Below, in pieces: positions 37,354-46,772 of a DNA stretch of 64,000 nucleotides. The position numbers and the translations under genes are program-made. The stretch covers positions 288,001-352,000 of the forward strand of contig OZ244561.1 in assembly GCA_965217585.1 (NCBI GenBank). The letters are read 5' to 3'. The DNA is from Candidatus Latescibacterota bacterium. GTDB lineage: Bacteria > Latescibacterota > UBA2968 > UBA8231. The notes under the pieces were generated by a model. The model saw nothing but the letters and a program-made list of their open reading frames with translations. It had not been told where the DNA came from and searched no databases. The first letter of the stretch is position 1. The number at the start of each line of letters is the position of its first letter.

Positions 37354-38714
37354 AAGCCGATTCTATATACTTCAAGGGATATAGCTGTTTCAAAAAGGAT
37401 TGGGCCGGCTTCGACAAAATCAAGCCGATCAACGTCATCATTGGGCGTAATAACTCTGGAAAGTCCCATCTATTAGACTTGGTTGAAGCACTATGCGACG
37501 GTAAACTGTTCGACCGTGAGTGGGAGTACCGGTGTCATGGTGTGTTAGAAGAAAAGCCGCTGAGGGAAGTTTTTCCAGAAAATACAAGAGGAGGCTATCT
37601 TGGCGGAAACCACTGGGAAAACCATGGACGGTATTTTGTCGGGAAGGAGGTGACGTGGGAAGTTACCGCAAATGAGGTGGCGGACGTAAAATTTTCAGAC
37701 GATTTCGCCTTAGCCTCTCCCTCGCAAAACCTTTCCCTTCAAGACCAAGTAATCTTCGATGCTAGGCTTTCAAGAGTTAGAGAGACACTGAAGGGCGTAA
37801 CGCACCAGCTTAATGGGACGGCTTTCCGCAGGCTCTTTGCAGACCGGGACATCGAGCCCGAACAAGGAGACTCAAACTCAAAGCTTGGCTCTGATGGGCA
37901 ACTGGCTACAAATATAATACGTCAGTTCCTCCTAACGTCTAACGAGGAACTCCCACGAGAGGTTATCGAAGAGGATCTTCGAGATGCGTTGAATTTGATA
38001 TTTGAAGGTGACGGCCAGTTTTCAGATATCCGAGTACTATTTCACGATGTTGATAAGGAGGACCAACCAAAGGACCATTGGGAGGTCTATCTCGGCGAAA
38101 AGAAAAAGGGCTTGATTCCCCTCAGTAAATCGGGAAGCGGTCTGAAGACCGTTCTTTTAGTTCTGCTTAATCTACTGGTCGTTCCCAAAATTGAGAACAA
38201 GGATAAATCTCAGTTCACGTTCGCCTTCGAGGAACTTGAAAACAATCTCCATCCGGCACTCTTACGACGGTTATTTCAGTACCTTGAGACCTACGCACTC
38301 AACGAAAAAGCGACGATCTTCCTGACGACCCATTCCAGCATCGCCCTAGACTTTTTCGGCGTATCTGATAATGCCCAGATTATCCGCGTGCTCCACGATG
38401 GCGAGTCCGCCCACACGGAAACCGTCCACACGCATTCTAACCTTATCAAGATAGTTTCCGAATTAGGAGCAAGGCCGTCAGATTTGCTCCAAGCGAACGG
38501 ACTCATTTGGGTGGAGGGACCTTCGGACCGCATCTATCTCAATCGCTGGATTGAGCTCTATACCAATGGCCGTCTCCGAGAAGGCCGCGATTATCAGTGC
38601 GTATTCTACGGCGGTTCGCTCATAGCACGAGTAGAGTTAGCGTCACCCGAAAACGGGGCAGCCGAGGATAAAGTGAACAAACTCGTGAACCTGTTCCCAA
38701 TCAATCATAACCTA

Positions 38715-39870
38715 AGTAGTTAACAAAAAGTCCGTTGACACTTTTCCCTTGCCCTCTAAACTTAGTTGTATGCCCGGAGGCCGCTTATGACTCCGTTTTC
38801 CCTTCCCCGCCGCGAGCGCCGCTTGTTGGAGGCTTTGGTCGTCCAAACCCCGGATGCGATGGTCTTACGTCGAGCGCAAGCCCTGCTTTGGGTGGCGGCG
38901 GGCGATTCGGTAACTCATGTTGCTCAACGCCTGTGTGTTACGCGTCAAGCCATCTATAAATGGATCCGGCTGTTTGAGCAATCGTCGATCTCGAATCTGG
39001 CGACGCGCCTTCAAGCCGCCCCCCGCAGTGGACGACCGGGTAAAGTAAAAGGCGTGATTGAGCCCCTGCTAGACGAAGTCATCGATCACGATCCTCGTCT
39101 TTTCGGCCTCAATTCAACGGTATGGACCGCGTCGTTATTGGCGCAGTATCTACACGCAGAGCATACCCTCTGCGTTTCGGTGTCTAGTATCCGCCAAGCG
39201 CTGGTTCGATTAGATATTAAATGGAAACGGCCTCGGCATACCTTGTCCTTGCGCTCGCCGACTTGGCGGCAAGCCAAAGGCGGGTTAAAAAGGGGCTGGC
39301 GACGCGGAAACGCACCGTAATCCTCATGCTGGATGAAGTCATTCTCACCGAAACGCCGCCGTTGTATAGTTGTTATGGGCACCGTGGCCAACCGGTGCAG
39401 GTGCCGATCACCGGCCAGCGCGCCAAACGGATTCTGCACGGCGCGCTTAACATCAAAAGTGGCGAGGTCGCGCTGCTGATTTCGCAGGAATGGACGCAAG
39501 ATACCCACCAGATTTTTCTGCGTCTCATACGCGCCCACTGGCGCGGATGGCAGATCGTCCTCTTTGAAGATCGGGGCTCGCCTCATAAAGCGGAAGGCAG
39601 TTTGCGGTTGGCGGCCGACCTGAATATGGAAATTCGTCTATTACCGCGGGCCACCCCGGAGTTGAATGCGATGGATCATTTATGGCGTTGGGTGAAAGGA
39701 CGCGGGTTGGCCAACCAACCCACCGCCTCCATCGATGAGTCCGCCGATAGGGCATGCCAGTATATCTGGCAACTGAGGCCGCAGGAGCGATTGCAAAAAG
39801 CCGGCGTCTACGCTGATAATTTCTGGCTGAAGTCATAAACCTGGTGTAAACGAACTTTTTGTCACCTACT
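38715..39870 (+). mobile_element. IS630-family element
   Basis: TA duplication at 38713-14 and 39871-72; imperfect TIRs AGTAGTTAACAAAAAGTCCGTTGACAC / AGTAGGTGACAAAAAGTTCGTTTACAC. Confidence 0.93.
38787..39838 (+). CDS. IS630 transposase (OrfA/OrfB, -1 frameshift)
   Basis: HTH OrfA; DDE OrfB (LDE, FEDRGSPH, PELNAMD.LW); slippery AAAAAGGGG at 39287-39295. Confidence 0.85.
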
Positions 39871-40322
39871 TAGTTGTCGTGTGCGACGGAGATCGGACTG
39901 CCGAGGATTCTAGTCTAAAGTCAAACGTGGAGAGAATTCGCGAGGAAGTCAAAAAGATAGACGACGCGCACATTTGGATCACCGAAGCTAAGGAAATTGA
40001 GAACTACCTTCCTAGCTCTGTCCTTGAGAAAGCAACAGGCTTGTCGCCGCTGCCAGATCCCGAAAAATATGAGAGTTGGTCGTCATATGCCGAAAAGCAT
40101 ATGCAGAGGAAGAGCATAGACAAGGTAGACTTAGCCATTTCGAGCGTCCAGTATATGACAAAGGAAGTAAAAGAAGTAATGGAGAGACGATTCGATTGGA
40201 AGGAACAGATGGAAGAAATCGTCAAGCGCATTGACTCGTGGAACAAAAATGGCTCCTTGGAAGGACCGTAACCAGCAAGACATTGAGCAAAGGCGGGAAG
40301 AATTTCAGCGGAGGCGTCAGCA

Positions 40323-40643
40323 ATGAAAAAACACTATCAAATAACCGAACTGCACTTTGACGGAGATTGCATGATTCTGACTATCGATGGTCTAGAAAAG
40401 ACCTTTCAAGTAAGTGAAATATCCCCTGCCCTGCAAAATGCGTCTGAAGAAGAAAAAAACCTCTTTGAAATCTCTCCTTCGGGCTACGGTATCCACTGGC
40501 CACTACTCGACGAGAATCTGTCCATTGACGACTTGCTCGGCGTTGTTCACAGGCCGAAAAAGAAAAAACTCCTCCTGCTACAAAACCACGCTATTCTTGA
40601 CGCAGATAGAAGCCGACAATATGAAGGAGAATCGTCATGCTAG
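40323..40643 (+). CDS. DUF2442 protein (copy 1, altered tail)
   Basis: SPALQNAS...GYGIHWPLLDENLS. Confidence 0.85.
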   Translation: MKKHYQITELHFDGDCMILTIDGLEKTFQVSEISPALQNASEEEKNLFEISPSGYGIHWPLLDENLSIDDLLGVVHRPKKKKLLLLQNHAILDADRSRQYEGESSC

Positions 40644-40790
40644 GATTTGAACGCATTACCTTTGACCCGGATGTAATGGGCGGTCGAGCCTGTGTCCGCG
40701 GTATGCGCGTAACGGTCTCCCTCGTGCTCAATCTGGTCGCTAACGGGATGTCAACCGAGAAGATTTTGGAAGCCTACCCATACCTCGAAG

Positions 40791-41968
40791 GGCTTTGGTG
40801 CATGAATCGTCGGTTTTTCTTGTGTTCATTGGTTGAATAAAGACAGGTTCCTTAGTAGTTTGGGCAGGACCTTTTTGGCAAAAAATCCATGCTTTCTCGT
40901 CCAAGGAACCTGTCATGCCCAAGGTATCGTCTTCTTCCTCCCCGGTCAAGTTTGCTCGCGGTCGCCCGAAGGTCGTATACCGGGTGCGTAATGGGTCTGC
41001 CTACGAGGCCGGCCTTAAACAGCGGGGGAGTCTGACGGTGTGGTTTAGCCCCCAAGCGGTTCAAGCTTGGTATTATCAAGGGCCCTCCCAGCGGGGAGCG
41101 CAATACACCTTTTCGGATGGAGCCATCCAAACGGCGTTGACGCTACGGATGCTCTATCATTTGCCGCTGCGCCAAACCGAGGGCTTTGTCGGCTCCATCT
41201 TGGCCTTGATGGGACTGGATCTACAGGGGCCCGATCACACGACCTGGTCTCGCCGTCAGGCGGATTTGGCGGTGGATCTACCGCCCCAGCGTACCGACCA
41301 ACCCCTGCACTTGGTGGTTGACTCGACGGGGCTGAAAGTGTATGGGGAAGGCGAGTGGAAGGTGCGTCAGCACGGTTGGACGAAGCGGCGCGCATGGCGC
41401 AAATTGCACCTAGGGGTCAACGAGGCTACCGGCGAAATCGTCGCACAGACCTTGACCACCAACCGCCGAGATGATGCCTCGCAGGTGGAGCCGTTGCTGC
41501 AGCAAGTCGAAGCGTCCGTGGTCGCGTTGGGTGGCGATGGAGCCTATGATAAGCGCAAGGTCTTCGACGCGTTGGCCGCGCCCGATCAAGGCCGGCCTAT
41601 TCGCCCGATCATTCCGCCGCGCAAGGACGCCAAAATCGAGCAACATGGCAACACTCACGCCGAGCCGTTACCCCGCGATGAGACGATTCGAGCGATCCGC
41701 CAACGGGGCCGTCGAACCTGGAAAAACGACAGCGGCTATCATCGCCGCTCGATCGCCGAAACGCAGATAGGCCGCTATAAACAGATACTCGGCGATACCT
41801 TACGCGCCCGAACCTTACCCCACCAACAGACCGAAACACGGTTGGGTTGTGCGGTACTTAACCGACTGCTCGCGTTGGCCAAACCCGAGTCCTATCCGAT
41901 CACAAAAAAAGCGTAAACCAAAAAACCAAGAGGCCAACACAGCCGACCTGGTTTCATGCAACAAAGCC
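40791..41968 (+). mobile_element. IS5-family (IS903 group) element
   Basis: TIRs GGCTTTGGTGCATGAA / GGCTTTGTTGCATGAA; 8-bp TSD CCTCGAAG at 40783-90 and 41969-76. Confidence 0.93.
40915..41916 (+). CDS. IS5-family transposase
   Basis: LKQRGSLTVW, VDSTGLKVYGEGEW, WRKLH, GDGAYD, YHRRSIAET. Confidence 0.95.
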   Translation: MPKVSSSSSPVKFARGRPKVVYRVRNGSAYEAGLKQRGSLTVWFSPQAVQAWYYQGPSQRGAQYTFSDGAIQTALTLRMLYHLPLRQTEGFVGSILALMGLDLQGPDHTTWSRRQADLAVDLPPQRTDQPLHLVVDSTGLKVYGEGEWKVRQHGWTKRRAWRKLHLGVNEATGEIVAQTLTTNRRDDASQVEPLLQQVEASVVALGGDGAYDKRKVFDALAAPDQGRPIRPIIPPRKDAKIEQHGNTHAEPLPRDETIRAIRQRGRRTWKNDSGYHRRSIAETQIGRYKQILGDTLRARTLPHQQTETRLGCAVLNRLLALAKPESYPITKKA

Positions 41969-42157
41969 CCTCGAAGCCGAAGATGTCAGCGAATGTCTGC
42001 GTTACGCGGCGTGGTTGGCGGAAGATGCCGTATATTCTGTGGTACCGTCCTCGGCATGAAATTCACGAGGACGGCCAGAAATTTGGGCCTGCCGATCAAG
42101 GTGCAACGGACGCCGCTCTTGGAAAGCGGATTCCTCCCGGACGAAGGCTCCGTTTGA

Positions 42158-42186
42158 TTGACAAGAGGTCCGATTCTTGTCATCTT
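42158..42186 (+). promoter_or_regulatory. Putative promoter overlapped by an inverted repeat, upstream of HEPN-MNT
   Basis: TTGACA-N17-CATCTT with an extended TG; TGACAAGA-N8-TCTTGTCA. Confidence 0.45.
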
Positions 42187-42283
42187 GTCCTAGAGCTTCT
42201 CTGGATTCTGGCTTTCGCTGGAAGGAAGGATGACATGCCTCTATCCACGTCGTACACAGCCTATATGACCTGATTAGAAAACT

Positions 42284-42692
42284 ATGTCGAATACCGAAGC
42301 TGAAAAATCCCTATCACACGCAAAGCAACATCTAGAACGCGTCCTTGCGGCATGGGAGGATCCCACTGATTGGGCGGACCTCATAATCTATGGGTTTTAC
42401 TGTCTCGAAGCCTCTGTTGTTGCAGCAGCATTACATATAGGTCTAGAATTCAAAAAAAACCCATGCAGAGAAAGCCGAAATAGCGCGTAAACTCTCTCGC
42501 TCTCACAGCCTGCCCGATGTTGGCGATTTTCTTCGAGTTCTCAATGATGCTCGCAAGGCTATGGCCTATGGAGATGTAGGTTTTCCAGTATTGAATGCAG
42601 AGGATGTGGCCATTAAAATTGAGGAATATGTGGAAGCAGTCTCTGCGTTATTGGGAGATGAACCAAATGAGCAATCATCTGATGAACAATAG
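42284..42692 (+). pseudogene. HEPN protein frameshifted in an A8 tract
   Basis: A7 instead of A8 at 42452-42459 gives ...EFKKTHAEKAEIA...LNDARKAMAYGD...*. Confidence 0.75.
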
Positions 42693-43353
42693 GCCCGAGA
42701 ACGTGGATTCATCTCACGTCCTCGAAACGATCGATAAATGGCCCAGTACTCGTGCAAAAGAATGGGTCGAAAATTTTGTACAAACATCGCGTCAGCAATC
42801 CGACATCTGGACAATTGTGATTTTCGGTTCCATCATTCGTCCGCAAGTCAGATATAGTGTTGATGTTGACTTACTGGTCATTTATGAGAGCGAAAGACCG
42901 AATTTTGTACTCCCACCTCTTGATGTCGATATTCGGTCGTATCGTCAAGAGGATATAGAATCTCTTATTTCAGAAGGGCATGAACTTCTTTGCTGGACGA
43001 TTCGTTTGGGGAAGATCCTCTATGAAAAAGATAAATATTGGACAACCTTATGTAATAAATGGAAAGATCACCTGCCCTTTCCCTCTGCAAAAACAGCGGA
43101 TAAACGTGCGAAAAGAGCGAAGCGGCTTTTTGAGGATCTTAAAGTGATTGGTGACGAAGATGCTGCTCAGGAACAATACATTACGATGTTGACACAAATT
43201 GGCCGTGCATATTTAATCAGATCAGATACTTATCCCGCATCCCGCCCTGAATTACCAGATCAATTAAAATCTGTTGGAGAACACGAGCTTGCCTCTCAAT
43301 TGGAAAAAGCATTGCAGACGCGTCTTGAGTGGATGGAGACGCAAGCAATTTAG
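42667..43353 (+). CDS. Nucleotidyltransferase (MNT) with helical C-terminal extension
   Basis: IFGSIIR...DVDLLV. Confidence 0.8.
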   Translation: MSNHLMNNRPENVDSSHVLETIDKWPSTRAKEWVENFVQTSRQQSDIWTIVIFGSIIRPQVRYSVDVDLLVIYESERPNFVLPPLDVDIRSYRQEDIESLISEGHELLCWTIRLGKILYEKDKYWTTLCNKWKDHLPFPSAKTADKRAKRAKRLFEDLKVIGDEDAAQEQYITMLTQIGRAYLIRSDTYPASRPELPDQLKSVGEHELASQLEKALQTRLEWMETQAI

Positions 43354-43487
43354 CTGAACCTTGGCCATTCTGCGCCGATAAATCATTGGACGCATCGACT
43401 CGTGGAATGACAATGGCCGCTCAGTGTGTAAGATCGACGCGAGAAGCCGTGTTCCCGCGAACAATTCAGAGCCAAAGCTCCTCTTCC

Positions 43488-46400
43488 ATGAGCAACCAAA
43501 CCAACGAACAAGCCTTTGAAGCCCAAGTCGAGGCGACGCTCCTCGGGCCGGGCGGCTGGCATTGCGGCACCACCGCCGCGTGGGATGTCGAGCGCGCCCT
43601 CTTCCCTACTCAGGTCTGTACTTTCCTCGCCGAAACCCAGCCGACGCTGTGGGAACAGATGCGTGCCCTACACGGCGCTGGGCTTGAAGACCTGCTGATA
43701 GACGCGCTAGTCAAAGAACTCGACATCAAAGGCGCGCTGCACGTGCTGCGCCACGGCTTCAAGTTCTACGGCAAGACCTTCCGGCTAGCGTATTTCAAGC
43801 CTGCCCACGCGCTCAACGACGAAGTGCTGGCACTGTACGCGCAAAACAAGCTAACGGTCACGCGGCAAGTTCCCTGCCATCCCAATAAGCGCGATACAGT
43901 CGATCTGTTGTTCGCACTAAACGGGCTGCCCGTGGCGACCTGCGAACTGAAAAATCCCGGCACCGGCCAAAGCTGGCGGCAAGCCGTGCGGCAATACCAG
44001 GAAGACCGCGACCCACGCGCGCCGCTATTCAGTTTCAAGACGCGGGCATTAGTGCATTTCGCCGCCGATCCGGACGAAGTACACATGAGCACGCGCCTTA
44101 ACGGTGAAGACACGCGCTTCCTCCCCTTCAACCGAGGCAGCCACCCAGGCGAAGTACAATGCGGCGCAGGCAACCCGCAGCACACCTCGGGCTACCGCAC
44201 CGGCTATTTCTGGCAAGAAGTGCTGGAGCGCGACAGTTTCCTCGACATCCTCGGCCACTTCATGTTCGTCGAGAAGAAAGAAGAAAAGAGCGAAGACGAC
44301 CAAGGCAGTGCTCGGCGCATCGTCCACGAGACCATGATTTTCCCCCGCTATCACCAGCTCGACTCCGTACGGCAGCTAGTCGCCGCAGCGCGAGCAGACG
44401 GGGCCGGCCAGAATTATTTGGTGCAGCATTCGGCGGGCAGCGGCAAGACCAACAGTATCTCTTGGCTTTCACACCGCCTCGCCAGCTTGCACGACGACGA
44501 GGACCGCAAAGTCTTCGACTGCGTCGTCGTCATCACCGACCGCCGCGTGTTAGACCAGCAACTCCAAGACGCAATTTACCAGATCGAACACGCCCAAGGC
44601 GTAGTCAAGGCGATTGACCAAGACAGCCAGCAACTCGCCAGCGCCCTAATCGACGGCACCAAAATCGTCGTCACCACGCTCCAGAAATTCCCGTTCGTAT
44701 TGCGCGGGTTACTGCGCACCGCTGGGGCCGAGTCGCAGGAGGCCGCCACCGCCGAGGAGCGAGCGCAGGCTAAGGCTTGGGAAGCGGAAATCGGCAAGCG
44801 CCGGTATGCGGTGATTGTAGATGAGGCGCACTCCAGCCAGACCGGAGAGAGCGCACGGGAGCTCAAGGAGATTTTGGGCACAGGCACGGATGCCGAAGGC
44901 GAGCAGGACTGGGAAGACCGCCTAAACCAAGTGATGGCTTCGAGAGGCCGTCAGCCGAACTTGTCGTTTTTCGCCTTCACAGCCACCCCCAAAGGCAAGA
45001 CGCTAGAGCTGTTTGGCCGCCCCGGTGCCCGAGGTGTACCCGAAGCGTTCCACCTGTACAGCATGAGGCAGGCCATTGAGGAAGGCTTCATCCTCGACGT
45101 GCTCTCGAACTACACGACCTACAACGTCTATTACCGGCTGCTCAAAAACGCGGAGGACGACCCGAACCTGCCAAAGAAGAAGGCGGCCCGCGCTCTAGCG
45201 AAGTTCGCAAGCTTTCACCCTCATAACATCGAGCAGAAGACCGAGGTAATCGTCGAGCACTTCCGCAATAAGGTGCGGCATCGGCTAGATGGTCGCGCCA
45301 AGGCCATGGTAGTCACTGCATCGCGGCTACACGCCGTACGCTACAAACTCTCCTTCGAGCGCTACATAGAGGAGAAAGGCTATGCGGACATCCGTCCGCT
45401 CGTCGCCTTCAGCGGCACCGTACGCGACCCCGATACCGGCCTTGAATACACGGAGCCGGGCATGAACGTGGATGTCGTCACCGGCAAGCCCATCAGCGAA
45501 GCGGCGCTGCCCGACCGCTTCGACTCACCCTCCTACCAAGTGCTGCTAGTTGCGAACAAGTACCAGACGGGCTTTGATCAGCCGCGCCTATGCGCGATGT
45601 ACGTGGACAAGCGGCTCGACGGGGTACAGGCCGTGCAGACGCTCTCGCGGCTCAACCGCACGGCTCCGGGTAAGGACGCTCCGTTCGTGCTCGATTTCGT
45701 CAACAATGCCGAAGACATCTTGAATGCCTTCAAGCCGTATTACGACAAGACCGAGGTAGTAGAGGCGTCTGACCCTTCGAGGCTAGAGGCCCTAAAACAC
45801 GAACTCGACCAAGCACAGGTCTACTACTGGAGTGAGGTCGAGAAGTTCGCCGGGGTGTTCTACAAAGCCCCCGAGGACCAAAGGCCTAGCGATCACGCCG
45901 ACATGCAAAAGTGCCTCCAGCCAGCCATAACTCGCTTCACCGCAATCGAGCAAGACGACGCCCGCGACCAGTTCCGCGACAAACTCTCCGGCTACGTAGG
46001 ACTATACGCTTACTTGAGTCAGATCGTCCCCTACGGCGACCCAGACCAAGAAATGCTTTACAGCTATGGGCACTTTCTACTACCGCACCTGCCTCTCGAC
46101 CGCGACGACGCAGTTGTCAAGCTAGGCAGCGAAGTCGCTCTCCAGTACTACCGACTGGAGCGCGTTTCCTCGGGGCCGATACATGTGGCGGAAGGCGATC
46201 CTCAGTACGTCAGACCCCCGACCGAGGTCGGCACTGGCCGGGCACAGGACCCCAAGGCTCCCCTGTCGGAGATCATCGAGGTGCTGAACGAACGCTTCGG
46301 GACGCAGTTTGATGAAGTGGATCGGCTCTTTTTTCAGCAGATCAAGGAAAAAGCCTGCAACGACGAAACCGTAGTAGAGACGGCGCGCGCCAATCCGCGT

Positions 46401-46589
46401 GACCGGTTCGAGTTGGGAATCAAGAGCCGCCTCGACGAATTAATGATCGAGCGCATGAGCGAGAACGACCAGATCGCGGAGCGCTACCTGTCGGACGAAA
46501 CGTTTCGGAGTTTGGCCCTGCCCATCCTCGCGCAGGCCATATTCGAGGACCTACAGACGAAAGATGCGGATACACCCGCGCCGAAATAA
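43488..46589 (+). CDS. hsdR: Type I restriction endonuclease subunit R
   Basis: D..NGLP...ELKN, QHSAGSGKT, TTLQKF, DEAHSSQ, FTATPK, QTGFDQP, QTLSRLNR. Confidence 0.95.
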   Translation: MSNQTNEQAFEAQVEATLLGPGGWHCGTTAAWDVERALFPTQVCTFLAETQPTLWEQMRALHGAGLEDLLIDALVKELDIKGALHVLRHGFKFYGKTFRLAYFKPAHALNDEVLALYAQNKLTVTRQVPCHPNKRDTVDLLFALNGLPVATCELKNPGTGQSWRQAVRQYQEDRDPRAPLFSFKTRALVHFAADPDEVHMSTRLNGEDTRFLPFNRGSHPGEVQCGAGNPQHTSGYRTGYFWQEVLERDSFLDILGHFMFVEKKEEKSEDDQGSARRIVHETMIFPRYHQLDSVRQLVAAARADGAGQNYLVQHSAGSGKTNSISWLSHRLASLHDDEDRKVFDCVVVITDRRVLDQQLQDAIYQIEHAQGVVKAIDQDSQQLASALIDGTKIVVTTLQKFPFVLRGLLRTAGAESQEAATAEERAQAKAWEAEIGKRRYAVIVDEAHSSQTGESARELKEILGTGTDAEGEQDWEDRLNQVMASRGRQPNLSFFAFTATPKGKTLELFGRPGARGVPEAFHLYSMRQAIEEGFILDVLSNYTTYNVYYRLLKNAEDDPNLPKKKAARALAKFASFHPHNIEQKTEVIVEHFRNKVRHRLDGRAKAMVVTASRLHAVRYKLSFERYIEEKGYADIRPLVAFSGTVRDPDTGLEYTEPGMNVDVVTGKPISEAALPDRFDSPSYQVLLVANKYQTGFDQPRLCAMYVDKRLDGVQAVQTLSRLNRTAPGKDAPFVLDFVNNAEDILNAFKPYYDKTEVVEASDPSRLEALKHELDQAQVYYWSEVEKFAGVFYKAPEDQRPSDHADMQKCLQPAITRFTAIEQDDARDQFRDKLSGYVGLYAYLSQIVPYGDPDQEMLYSYGHFLLPHLPLDRDDAVVKLGSEVALQYYRLERVSSGPIHVAEGDPQYVRPPTEVGTGRAQDPKAPLSEIIEVLNERFGTQFDEVDRLFFQQIKEKACNDETVVETARANPRDRFELGIKSRLDELMIERMSENDQIAERYLSDETFRSLALPILAQAIFEDLQTKDADTPAPK

Positions 46590-46772
46590 TTATTATTTTA
46601 CAGGCTCGCAAGCTGGAAACCGCCCTCATTCCACGGCCGTAATCGACAAAATCGACGTATTGGCAGAAAGCAAATTTATCGTCCGTGCAAGAGACCACTC
46701 CGGCTTTGTGCTCAATTTTGGCCCTATCCGACAGGCTACGCGCTAGTTCTTTCATATCGACGAGAGGACGAC

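Larger units (their letters stand above)
37350..40271 (+). pseudogene. ABC-ATPase + TOPRIM (OLD-family-like) nuclease interrupted by IS630
   Basis: GRNNSGKS, SGSG, FEELENNLHP, LTTHS, WVEGPSD. Excising the IS restores ...NHNL-VVVCDGD..., a 587-aa ORF. Confidence 0.85.
40637..42059 (+). pseudogene. DUF433 antitoxin interrupted by IS5
   Basis: MLGFERIT...YPYLE | AEDVSECLRYAAWLAEDAVYSVVPSSA* rejoin on IS removal. Confidence 0.9.

Noticed and set aside
43329-43487. ORF-track N-terminal extension of hsdR
   Set aside because: The duplicated stub and motif start show ATG 43488 is the true start. Similar over-extensions were trimmed at 26671, 37112, 51587 and 58839.
46590-46772. Short ORFs between hsdR and the ATPase gene
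   Set aside because: No recognisable motif or RBS; may be a gene relic but cannot be supported.
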